Part shown: positions 14,107-21,635 of the stretch, piece by piece
Layout of the letters: each line of letters starts with the position of its first letter
Numbering within the stretch: the first letter of the stretch is position 1
Source: a virus
Length of the DNA stretch: 21,635 nt
Reading direction: 5' to 3' (one strand)
IMG/VR virus record: IMGVR_UViG_3300010367_000378
Span: 1 to 21,635 of that record
Program-made: the position numbers and the translations under genes
Notes under the pieces: model-generated
Databases searched by the model: none
The model's input: only the letters and a program-made list of their open reading frames with translations
What the model was told of the DNA's origin: nothing

Positions 14107-15020
14107 CGCCCTCCAGCCTTGGGCCAGCGGGTAATCCGACCGGGCCCGCCGGGGCACGCCGGCGGCGTGCCGTAGGCGGTGGTGATCTGCTGCTTCGCGT
14201 TGGGAGGCGCCACGCCCTCGGGGAGGCCGTAGGTCACCACCCCGCTGGCATAATCGGCGCAGACCCACGGGCTCGGCTGACCCATCTTGTCGACCGTCTC
14301 GAAGTGGGCGACGTGCCCCTTGGGGCCCCGCTCGAGCACGAGCTGGTTCTTGAGGGGGAGGAGATCGCCGGCCGTGCCGCTGCGGATCTCGCTCAGGATC
14401 GTCGGCCAGGCCTTCGCCCAGGTCTCCCCCCGCTTCCAGGCCGTCTCGATCTGCATCAGGGCGTAGAGCCCCAGCCAGTCGGGCGAGGTCTCGATCATCT
14501 TGGGCAGGCGGATCGGCCGCTTCGCGAGCGCCGGCTCGGCCCCGTGGTCCAGCCAGGCGAAGGTGGTAGTGACCTGCTTTCGCTGGTCGCTGTCGTCGCT
14601 GAAGCGCGCGCCGAGGCCGGTGACGAGACTCCAGTCAGGTAGGGCGAGGAGCCGGGCAGCGACGAGGTTCCCCTGCCAGCTCTTCGTGAGGGCTTGGACC
14701 ACGCGCTGGTCCCCGGCGCGCATGCCGAAGAACAGGAGTGGGCCCCGGGCGGCGCCGAAGTGCCCCCAGTGGCTCTTCGAGAACAGGGCTTCGTCCGTCC
14801 CGCCCTTGGCCTGGTCCCCGACGAGCTTGACGTCGCCGTACCACTGCACGATGAGATCCGAGACGGAGGGCAGGTGCTGACCTGCCCAGGCGGCGAGCTG
14901 CTGCTCGCAGTGGTTCGGGGTGGCTCCCGATGTCCAGTCGGGCTTCACCACCACCGGCGGACCCCCGGCGGGGGTGTTCATCCAGCGGTAGGTGGGGGCT
15001 GCGTAGTCGTCTCCCATCAT
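14103..15020 (-). CDS. Hypothetical Trp/Gly-rich protein (305 aa)
   Basis: SD AAAGGAG; long ORF with GC-rich third positions; no motif recognised. Confidence 0.85.
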   Translation of the reverse strand: MMGDDYAAPTYRWMNTPAGGPPVVVKPDWTSGATPNHCEQQLAAWAGQHLPSVSDLIVQWYGDVKLVGDQAKGGTDEALFSKSHWGHFGAARGPLLFFGMRAGDQRVVQALTKSWQGNLVAARLLALPDWSLVTGLGARFSDDSDQRKQVTTTFAWLDHGAEPALAKRPIRLPKMIETSPDWLGLYALMQIETAWKRGETWAKAWPTILSEIRSGTAGDLLPLKNQLVLERGPKGHVAHFETVDKMGQPSPWVCADYASGVVTYGLPEGVAPPNAKQQITTAYGTPPACPGGPGRITRWPKAGGR

Positions 15021-15101
15021 GGCTCCTTTCCGGGTAGCGCAGGGTCAATCCAGGTGCTTCGCCGGCACGCCGCCGCGAAAACACCAGAGCAACAAAGCCG
15101 A

Positions 15102-16379
15102 TCAGCCATCACCCTCGTCCTCGGAGAACAGCCACGCCTCCCCTTCGGAGCCGGTTTCTTCCCCCGGTTGTTGGTTGGCCGCCCGGGCCAGCACCTGGGC
15201 GACGGCTTCGATCTCTGCGACCGAGCGAGCCTTCAAGATCCGTTGACGAGCAGTGGATAGCATACTCCCGGGCAGGGGCCCGACCTGCTTTCCGTTGCCG
15301 AGGACCATCCCCTTCGCCATCCAGCCGGTGTCGAGACGGGCGAGAGTGATCTTGCGCCACTCCTCGAGATCCTCGTCCCCGTAGCCCTGGGCGACACGGC
15401 CTTCCCGCCACGACTGGACGGCATCGCCGAGGGGGTCGAGCAGGTAGCGGAACGAGCGGACCGGTTCGTTCTTTGCGGCCTGGCGCGAGGCGACTTCCCA
15501 GATCTTCGAGGACAGCACCTCGACGGGGACTCCCTGCGTCAGCCAGCCGATGACGGTCTCCCGCTCCAGGAACGTGAGGACCCGGCTCACGCCCGTGGCT
15601 TCCCGGAAGGCGGCTTCGAGATCTGCGACCCAGATCAACCCTCGACGAGCGGCGGCGGCGGCCGGCGGCTCATCCCCGGACCCCTGCTCTGCTGCTGCCG
15701 CTGCTATCTGCCGTAGAGGGTGGGATACACGTCTGTCAGGAGAAGATGAAGACGAAGCTGAAGCTGCAGCCGAAGCTGAAGCTTGAAGCTGAAGTGCATC
15801 CCTTTTTGTATGCAATTGCATGGGTGAGGTCGTGCTTTTGCTTAACCCTCGGACAGCACGAGGCTTAGGCGGTGCATTCCGCTTTTTTTCCCATAGAGCC
15901 CGCGCGGCTAGCATCCGCTCGATCCGGACCTTGATCTGGAGGAGGTAGGTGCGGCAGAGGCCGATCTGCCACCACCTCTCCCCGCGTTCGCGCCAGCCGG
16001 TCTGGATCTGCTCCCAGAGGTCCGGCCAGTCCGCGGGGTGACCGCACCAGCCGCGGAGCTTCAGATCCTGCGCAGGGACGCTGCAAGGCGGCAGCATACC
16101 CCAGGCGAGTTGGATCAAGTGGAAGTGGAGCCCGCGGGCGGTGTGGCTCATCAGGAGGACCATGTCGTCCTTCATCCACTGCCCCGGGTACCACTGGAAC
16201 GCCGGCCCCGGCTTCGTCTTGAAGCCGACGTCGTCGCCCTGGAGCTTCACCACCAGATCCACGATCTCCTCCCAGCGGTTCCGGTCCAGGATGTAGACGA
16301 CCTCCTCCTTCCATCGTCGGAGGTCCTCCTTCGTGATTTCGGGCGATACGCCTACCTCTGCCTCGTCTTCTTGCGCCAT
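15102..16379 (-). CDS. YdaU/DUF1376-like phage replication protein (425 aa)
   Basis: PAFQWYPGQWMKD...MSHTARGLHFHLIQLAW...SVP matches the DUF1376 N-terminal pattern. It has a central Ser/Ala linker and sits downstream of the recombination genes. SD GGGGAGG. Confidence 0.7.
   Translation of the reverse strand: MAQEDEAEVGVSPEITKEDLRRWKEEVVYILDRNRWEEIVDLVVKLQGDDVGFKTKPGPAFQWYPGQWMKDDMVLLMSHTARGLHFHLIQLAWGMLPPCSVPAQDLKLRGWCGHPADWPDLWEQIQTGWRERGERWWQIGLCRTYLLQIKVRIERMLAARALWEKKRNAPPKPRAVRGLSKSTTSPMQLHTKRDALQLQASASAAASASSSSSPDRRVSHPLRQIAAAAAEQGSGDEPPAAAAARRGLIWVADLEAAFREATGVSRVLTFLERETVIGWLTQGVPVEVLSSKIWEVASRQAAKNEPVRSFRYLLDPLGDAVQSWREGRVAQGYGDEDLEEWRKITLARLDTGWMAKGMVLGNGKQVGPLPGSMLSTARQRILKARSVAEIEAVAQVLARAANQQPGEETGSEGEAWLFSEDEGDG
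15742..15900. other. Candidate replication origin inside the replication gene
   Basis: GAAGCT-type repeats at 15742-15794, palindrome ATGCAATTGCAT at 15810-15821, recurring TGCAT/TGCTT, T-runs and a local GC drop. Confidence 0.45.
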
Positions 16380-16489
16380 CGGCCTCCCCCGTGTAGCGGC
16401 GGGGAAAATTCATCGCAGGGTGGGGCCCTGGCCGGCGACGGCACGCCTACGCCAGGACCCCGTCTCAACAAAAAGGACCTGGTTGGGGT

Positions 16490-17647
16490 CTACTCCTTCT
16501 TCCCCTTGAGGTCCCGGATGGCCGTGAGCGCCCGGGTGTAGAGGCCGTTCTGTGCCTCGCCCGGTTCCCCCTCGAAGTCGGCGAGCGGCGCGCCGAGCTT
16601 GGCGACGACCGCCTCCTCCTGGACGGGAGGGCTGTTCTTCATCAGGGCCCGGAGCTTCGCGATGTTCTCCTCGGTCAGCTTCGGCCGCGGGCCACCACCA
16701 GCTTCCTGCTGGCCGGAGCTTTCGGCCGCCGCGGCAGCAGCCGTAACGTCGACCACAGGGCCTGCTTCTTCACCCCGAGGCTCGGGGATGCCGCTGTCGG
16801 CCGCTCGCATGTCGTCAGGGAGAGCTGATACATCGATGGGTGCGGAAGAGAGGGCGGCCGACGCCTGAGCGCCGCCAGCGAAGGCGTCAAGGGTCGAGGG
16901 GATACGGGGGAGCGCTCGCGCTTCGTCTTCGACAATCCGCTCGAGGTCCTCGATGGTCTTCACGCCGAGCACGACCTCCGGACACCAGCGGCGCGCCCAA
17001 TGGAGGACCCCGGTGTAGAGGAGCTTCTGGTCCGGATCGGCCGCCCACATCTTGTTGTCGGTCTTCACCTTGTCCCAGACGATCGTGTCCACTCGCTCCA
17101 CCGGGTCTCCCTTGAATCGACCGCGGATGGTGATCTGGCGGGTCTTCCCCTCACCGCTCCACTCGAAATCCAGGCGCTTCTCGAGGCCGGCGAGCTCGTT
17201 GACGACGGCCAGAACCAGCTTCCCCTGGAAGGCCAGCTTGCCGCCGACCACGTAGGTCTCAGGCGCCACCGCGAAGGGAGACATCCCCCAGCGGACTGAC
17301 TGCTCCACAACGAGGAAGCAGTTGGCGATCGTGCGCTTCTTCGCCTCGGCCATGCCGGCGCGGAACTCGTCGGCGCCGAGCTTGTCGCGGGTCTGCATCC
17401 GCTCGGCCGGCGACATCTTGTTCTTCGGGTCCCACCAAGGATGAGCGACCAGGTGGTCCGGGAGAATCGACGCCTCGGACATCGACAGAGCGATGCGTTG
17501 CATCTGTTCGAACATGCCTGTGTCGAGGATCTGGGTGTCGGAGACGACGACGCGGACTTCCTTCGCCGGACGAGGCGCCAGGGCTGCAGGCGGGGCGGCC
17601 GGCGGTGCATCGGCGTTCGGAGCGGGGGCGGTGATCGGTTCGGTCAT
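16490..17647 (-). CDS. recT: RecT-family single-strand annealing protein (385 aa)
   Basis: NCFLVVEQSVRWGMSPFAVA..TYVVGGKLAF and W.ADPDQKLLY....WARRWCPEVVLGV match the phage RecT-like pattern; adjacent to the YqaJ nuclease. Confidence 0.85.
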   Translation of the reverse strand: MTEPITAPAPNADAPPAAPPAALAPRPAKEVRVVVSDTQILDTGMFEQMQRIALSMSEASILPDHLVAHPWWDPKNKMSPAERMQTRDKLGADEFRAGMAEAKKRTIANCFLVVEQSVRWGMSPFAVAPETYVVGGKLAFQGKLVLAVVNELAGLEKRLDFEWSGEGKTRQITIRGRFKGDPVERVDTIVWDKVKTDNKMWAADPDQKLLYTGVLHWARRWCPEVVLGVKTIEDLERIVEDEARALPRIPSTLDAFAGGAQASAALSSAPIDVSALPDDMRAADSGIPEPRGEEAGPVVDVTAAAAAAESSGQQEAGGGPRPKLTEENIAKLRALMKNSPPVQEEAVVAKLGAPLADFEGEPGEAQNGLYTRALTAIRDLKGKKE

Positions 17648-17651
17648 GTTC

Positions 17652-18632
17652 CTATTTCCTCTTCGCTGAGTGGGTTAGCAGAAAGCCCCGGTAAGGGGCA
17701 CGGTTGTAGCCTTCGACCCAGGTCTCCTCGACTTCGCCACACCAGAGGGCGTAGCCGCCGTCGAAGAGCGCACGCTCGGCATCGCCCACCAGGTGGCGGA
17801 TCTGGGCGCCGAGCCCCTTCTTCTCCTTCTCCGCCCCCTTCTCCCGCTTGCGGGCGTCGTCGTAGGCCAGGGCCAGGGCCAGGGCTTCGGAGTTGCCACG
17901 GAGGTCGACGACGGACCCCGGGCGGACATGGCCGAGCAGGGCGGCCACCGTGTCGGCATCCAGCTCCCAATTCGGATCTGGCGGCGTGCCGGCGTCGATC
18001 GACTCCCAGAACGCCTGGACCTCCTGCTCGATCCTGGCGATCACCCCGGGGTGTCGGTCGATCCGGTAGAGGTGGAGCTCGTTGCCACCGACGAGCGGCG
18101 CGGCGATCCCGGAGGGAAGGCCCGTGCAGGCCATCTGCGCCTGCACCTGGAGCTTGATCCGGAACGGAGGCTGACGCTCCGCTTCCACCCATTCCCCCTT
18201 CTTCCACCACCAGACACCCGGTTCGACGCGCTCCGGCCAGCGCCGGAACATGAGCCGGTCCACGTTCTTGATTTCCAGAACTGCGTCATGGGCGCCGGCC
18301 TGCACTTCGAAGTCGGTGGTGGAAGACATACCGCGCAGGGTAGGGTGCTCAACGAAGCCGCCGGGCTTCACTTTCCAGCCGGTGAGCTGCGCCACGCCGT
18401 GAGCGATCGCCGCCTCGAGGACGTTGCCCCAGAACTTCCGGTCCGAAAGGGTGGCGGCGCTCTCCTCTTGGGGTTTGAGCCGGCCGGCCTTGCGCATCCA
18501 GAGGCCGTACCTTGTCTCGAAGGGGTCGAGGTCATCGGGAGCGGCGCCTTCGTCGAGCCAGGCAGCGGAAAAAAGCGCCGGGACTTCGGACGCGCCGATG
18601 TTGTGGGCGCGCCGGGGATCGAGGTGTGTCAT
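17652..18632 (-). CDS. YqaJ-family (lambda exonuclease-like) viral recombination nuclease (326 aa)
   Basis: ATG at 18632 (ATGA overlap); IGASE, GNVLE, SSTTD, LEIKN and QVQAQM motifs. Confidence 0.9.
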   Translation of the reverse strand: MTHLDPRRAHNIGASEVPALFSAAWLDEGAAPDDLDPFETRYGLWMRKAGRLKPQEESAATLSDRKFWGNVLEAAIAHGVAQLTGWKVKPGGFVEHPTLRGMSSTTDFEVQAGAHDAVLEIKNVDRLMFRRWPERVEPGVWWWKKGEWVEAERQPPFRIKLQVQAQMACTGLPSGIAAPLVGGNELHLYRIDRHPGVIARIEQEVQAFWESIDAGTPPDPNWELDADTVAALLGHVRPGSVVDLRGNSEALALALAYDDARKREKGAEKEKKGLGAQIRHLVGDAERALFDGGYALWCGEVEETWVEGYNRAPYRGFLLTHSAKRK

Positions 18633-19213
18633 GCAGCTTCCTCCTCCTCCCTTCTGAGGGCTGCCACCCGCCGGTTGCGCAGCGCGAGCTCGCGGTAGGG
18701 ACAGCCCTCGGGGTGGGTCATGGGGTCGGCCGCCGTGGTGTCCGGCGGAGGCGGATCGCACTCGCAGAGGTCGAAGGGGGGCTCGTCCGTGCACGCCGAG
18801 CAGAGTCCCGGGGAGATCCAGTAGCAGGGCTCCCCGGTGAGTTCGACGCATTCCATGCAGTTGTCGTCGGTGCAGCCGCATCCCCGGCAGACGTCGCCGT
18901 AGAGGGAGCGAAACTCGATCCGGATGCCGAGCTCCCGGGCCGCGGCCATCCCCAGCTTCATGCCCTCGGAGATCCCGAGGTCGGTGTAGACCACGGAGGC
19001 CTCGCAGACGGGGAGGAACGCCTGGCCGGCGGCGATCCCCAGGGCGCGCTCCTCGGGCTTGTCGTCGTCGAGCACGCCGGGTTGGGTGTAGAGGAGGTGG
19101 GAGGCGTAGGGAGCCTCCCCTCGACCAATGCTGTCGTGCATGCACTCCCGGGCATAGGCGAGGTTCTCCTCGACGTTGCCCGAGTAGGGGCTCTCCAGGA
19201 AGACGCGACGCAT
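18629..19213 (-). CDS. Nucleoside 2-deoxyribosyltransferase-like (DUF1937/DUF4406-related) domain plus C-terminal Cys-rich Zn finger (194 aa)
   Basis: VFLESPYSG...APYASHLLY...CEASVVYTDLGISEGM followed by CRGCGCTDDNCMEC...CYW...LCSAC. Confidence 0.75.
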   Translation of the reverse strand: MRRVFLESPYSGNVEENLAYARECMHDSIGRGEAPYASHLLYTQPGVLDDDKPEERALGIAAGQAFLPVCEASVVYTDLGISEGMKLGMAAARELGIRIEFRSLYGDVCRGCGCTDDNCMECVELTGEPCYWISPGLCSACTDEPPFDLCECDPPPPDTTAADPMTHPEGCPYRELALRNRRVAALRREEEEAA

Positions 19214-19609
19214 CTACGTCTCCTCCTTGGGGGGAACGGCCGGGAAGATCACCCGGCCCATGAGATCGTGGAGACGCTGGAGGATCTTCTTCTGCTCCTC
19301 GAGCGCCCGGGCTTCGACGTCGCGCCCTCCCTCATCGAAGAGCGCCTGGGAGCGGTCGGCCAGGTTGCCGATCGCCGACCAGATCTGCCGCGGTGTGGCG
19401 GTGCACCCGCCGATGCCCTGCCGCTCTTCGGGGAGTCCGCAGAGGATGCAGGGGTTGCCCTGGTGGGCGATGTACCAGGCGCCGGCGAGGCGCGCCTGGA
19501 GGACCTGGGTGCAGGAGTGGCTGCCGTCGGTCCCCTTGGTCCAGGAATGACCGCAGTCCCAGCAGGTGGAGGTCTCCGGGTTGTCGGGCCCGGCGAACGG
19601 CTTATCCAT
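19214..19609 (-). CDS. Hypothetical Cys-rich protein (131 aa)
   Basis: ATG at 19609 follows AGGAGGAG; CWDCGH...HSC and CILCG...C motifs. Confidence 0.78.
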   Translation of the reverse strand: MDKPFAGPDNPETSTCWDCGHSWTKGTDGSHSCTQVLQARLAGAWYIAHQGNPCILCGLPEERQGIGGCTATPRQIWSAIGNLADRSQALFDEGGRDVEARALEEQKKILQRLHDLMGRVIFPAVPPKEET

Positions 19610-19904
19610 GGTGGGCTCCTCCTGGGTTCCTGCGGTTGAAGACCGGGGCGCGGCTGGATGCCGGGCCCTTTCTGGCCGACTTGCGGATGCCGAGCGCGAC
19701 TTCCACCGCCTCGACGGCGTCGGCCTTGGCCCGCTCGTGGGCCTCGCGCGCGGCCTCGCTGCGGGGGTTGCCAAGGCGCTCCTTCCACGTGGCGTAGACC
19801 CGCGACTGGATGGCGTCGGGAACCATGCGCCAGTGGGTGAGGCACATCAGGTGGCCATCCTTGGCATCCCGGGGGCAGTCCTTGATCGGGCAGGGGCTGC
19901 TCAT
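19602..19904 (-). CDS. Hypothetical protein (100 aa) with C-x4-C...MC-x2-HW putative Zn finger
   Basis: ATGA overlap and AGGAGG SD; MSSPCPIKDC...LMCLTHWRMVP. Confidence 0.78.
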   Translation of the reverse strand: MSSPCPIKDCPRDAKDGHLMCLTHWRMVPDAIQSRVYATWKERLGNPRSEAAREAHERAKADAVEAVEVALGIRKSARKGPASSRAPVFNRRNPGGAHHG

Positions 19905-20107
19905 CGCTGACCTCCTGCCGAGATGTGGGCCCGGACCTGTTGCTTCAACTCCTTGAGCTGCTTCAGCGCCGCATCGGCCCGGTGCCATCCGGGGCTGAAG
20001 CGGGGGCACTCCCTCTTGTCTGCCTGGTGTTGCTTCTCGGCGGCCTTCACCAGGTCGAAGAGGTCCTGCTGGGTGATCGAGCGTCGAGGGCGGGAGAAGG
20101 GGCTCAT
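19901..20107 (-). CDS. Hypothetical helical protein (68 aa)
   Basis: ATGA overlaps at both ends. Confidence 0.72.
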   Translation of the reverse strand: MSPFSRPRRSITQQDLFDLVKAAEKQHQADKRECPRFSPGWHRADAALKQLKELKQQVRAHISAGGQR

Positions 20108-20997
20108 AGGTCGGCTCCCTGTTCCCGCGCCTCCTCGGCCAGCTCCCGCGCCTCCTCGGCCAGCTCAGGGTGCCGAGTGAGATAGGAGGGGATCTCGCCG
20201 GAATCCGGCTCATAAGGGGGGAGGGGGAGAAGCGCCACGCCGGCGCGGCGGGCGATCTCGGTGATCTCGTCGGCCAGTACGCCTCCGAGCGAGGAGGCCA
20301 TGGCCCGGGCCGTCGACCGGCTCATCGACTCGGCGACGAAGTGGAGCCCAAGGCCCTGGCGGGTGTAGTACAGGGCCTCCTCTCCCGTCATCTCGTGGGT
20401 GACGCCGGGGATCGGCTCGCGACAGACCAGGGCGCCGCCGCCGGCGAGGTCGAAGATCCTGGCCCGCGGCATCCATGAACGGTCCGGATACTCCTCGTCA
20501 ATCGGCAGCTCCTCCGTCCCTAGAACTCGGCGGACGGTGCTCGCGGCCGACGTGGCGATCTCGTCGGTGATGATGCGGCCGGGCCCGGCGTCGATGCCGA
20601 TCATCCGGATGAAGACCCGGAGCACCCGGAGGAGAAGATCGTCGAGCTCGTCTGCGAGTTGCGCAGGGGAAAGCCCGCTGATGGCTTCGAGCATCTCGAA
20701 CGACCAGAGCGCCGCGCTGTGGCCGTGCTCCCTGCGCATGGTGGGCAGGAGGTCTCCGTAGACCAGGGGGCGGAAGTACTCGTCCAGGCGGCAGACCAAC
20801 ACTGCGGTGTTGTCGGCAGCCCAGCGGATTCCCAAGAGCAGTGGGTGGATCTCGGCGTCGGAAAAGGTCCAGTGCTCTGGGTGCTGCCGGAAATCCTCGG
20901 CCGCGGCCTGGGCAAAGCGATCGAGCTGCTGGCGCTCCTCGATCGAGGTGACCACAGGGGCTTCGAGCGGGCTGTGCTCCCGTCCGGGCGACCTCAT
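20104..20997 (-). CDS. Hypothetical protein (297 aa)
   Basis: ATG at 20997 overlaps the upstream TGA; reads MRSPGREHSPLEAP. Confidence 0.8.
   Translation of the reverse strand: MRSPGREHSPLEAPVVTSIEERQQLDRFAQAAAEDFRQHPEHWTFSDAEIHPLLLGIRWAADNTAVLVCRLDEYFRPLVYGDLLPTMRREHGHSAALWSFEMLEAISGLSPAQLADELDDLLLRVLRVFIRMIGIDAGPGRIITDEIATSAASTVRRVLGTEELPIDEEYPDRSWMPRARIFDLAGGGALVCREPIPGVTHEMTGEEALYYTRQGLGLHFVAESMSRSTARAMASSLGGVLADEITEIARRAGVALLPLPPYEPDSGEIPSYLTRHPELAEEARELAEEAREQGADL
20123..20166. repeat. Perfect 21-bp tandem duplication (encodes ELAEEAR twice)
   Basis: tcccgcgcctcctcggccagc twice, in frame. Confidence 0.9.
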
Positions 20998-21635
20998 GAC
21001 GCCGTCTCCCAGGCCTCGGGAGAGATGCCCTCGAGGTCCTCCGGCCGCGGCTGGCCGAGCGACCAGATCAGCAGGTTGGCTGGCGCGTCGCGCACCTTGT
21101 CCACCTCGAACTCCTCGCCCTCCATCCACCGGGGGCCGATCCGCGGCTGATCCAGGACGCGAACGATGCGCAGCCGGTAGCACTGCTCCTTCTCGTTGCT
21201 GGCGTCCTGGAGGACCCGCACCACCGCCCGGCCGCCGTCCTCGCGGTAGATCCCGGCAGCCGGCGGCACCGTGGCCAGCCGCTCGATCTCGTCCGCGACC
21301 TCGGCGCCGCGGCCCTGCACGACGAGGGCGAGGCGGCGTTCACCGGTGCCGGTGGCGGTGACGGGCACCCCCGGCGCCAACTCCGTGGTCGAGAGCTGGT
21401 CGAGCCAGCGGTCCAGGTCCTCGGCTGAGAAGCCGCAGGCCTGCATCCAGGACTCCGCGGTCGTGCGCAGCCGCGAGTAGGTCGAGAGGTCGAGGCCCGT
21501 GATGCCGTTGCGGTCGATCGAGTCGAGGAGGAGGGCCGCTTCCTGAGCCACGGCGAAGGCCAAAGCGAGCTTCGGCTGGTCCTCCCGTCTCTCGGCGTTC
21601 AGCACCACGATCGAAGGGATGCGCAGCAGCCAGTC
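20994..21635 (-). CDS. Hypothetical protein, 5' end outside window
   Basis: Frame is open to the window edge (DWLLRIPSIVVLNAERR...); the stop overlaps the next ATG. Confidence 0.8.
   Translation of the reverse strand, partial: DWLLRIPSIVVLNAERREDQPKLALAFAVAQEAALLLDSIDRNGITGLDLSTYSRLRTTAESWMQACGFSAEDLDRWLDQLSTTELAPGVPVTATGTGERRLALVVQGRGAEVADEIERLATVPPAAGIYREDGGRAVVRVLQDASNEKEQCYRLRIVRVLDQPRIGPRWMEGEEFEVDKVRDAPANLLIWSLGQPRPEDLEGISPEAWETAS

Larger units (their letters stand above)
1..21635 (-). mobile_element. Tailed phage or prophage segment (recombination/replication/accessory region)
   Basis: Single-strand dense gene array with coupled stop/start overlaps. It contains YqaJ+RecT, a YdaU-like replication gene, a DEDDh exonuclease, a ParB-methylase fusion and many small hypotheticals. 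No host housekeeping genes or boundaries are visible. Confidence 0.9.

Noticed and set aside
17652-19145. 497-aa extended YqaJ, and similar upstream extensions of the ORFs ending at 13117, 5273, 5722, 19214, 19602 and 20104
   Set aside because: The extensions overlap real upstream genes in another frame and read as low-complexity shadow sequence; coupled starts or SD-led starts lie downstream.
20123-20166. 21-bp tandem duplication as a regulatory repeat
   Set aside because: It is an in-frame heptad duplication in a helical tail, consistent with ordinary slippage.
1-21635. Host assignment (for example Myxococcota, because of the CarF-like gene)
   Set aside because: High GC and one divergent domain are insufficient; there are no host marker genes or attachment sites in the window.

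Overview
This GC-rich (roughly 70% by eye) window is a segment of a tailed phage or prophage. About 36 genes are all on the minus strand and tightly packed, many with ATGA/TGATG/GTGA stop-start overlaps. In transcription order (right to left) it holds: small mosaic hypotheticals; an NDT-like/Zn-finger protein; a YqaJ-type exonuclease plus RecT-type annealase; a YdaU/DUF1376-like replication protein with an origin-like internal tract; an unknown 305-aa protein coupled to a CarF/TMEM189/FAD4-family lipid desaturase-like fusion; a DEDDh exonuclease; a run of small genes including an RHH regulator; a promoter- and terminator-bounded unit (7457-3566) with an isochorismatase-like hydrolase and a patatin phospholipase; a ParB-like/DNA methyltransferase fusion; and two genes each led by a near-duplicated promoter-operator-leader cassette. 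The most notable signal is two phage-encoded membrane-lipid enzymes (an 8-His desaturase-like domain and an intact patatin), a candidate host-membrane remodelling system. No structural, integrase, tRNA, rRNA or CRISPR features were seen. All family calls come from motif recognition by eye; no searches were run.
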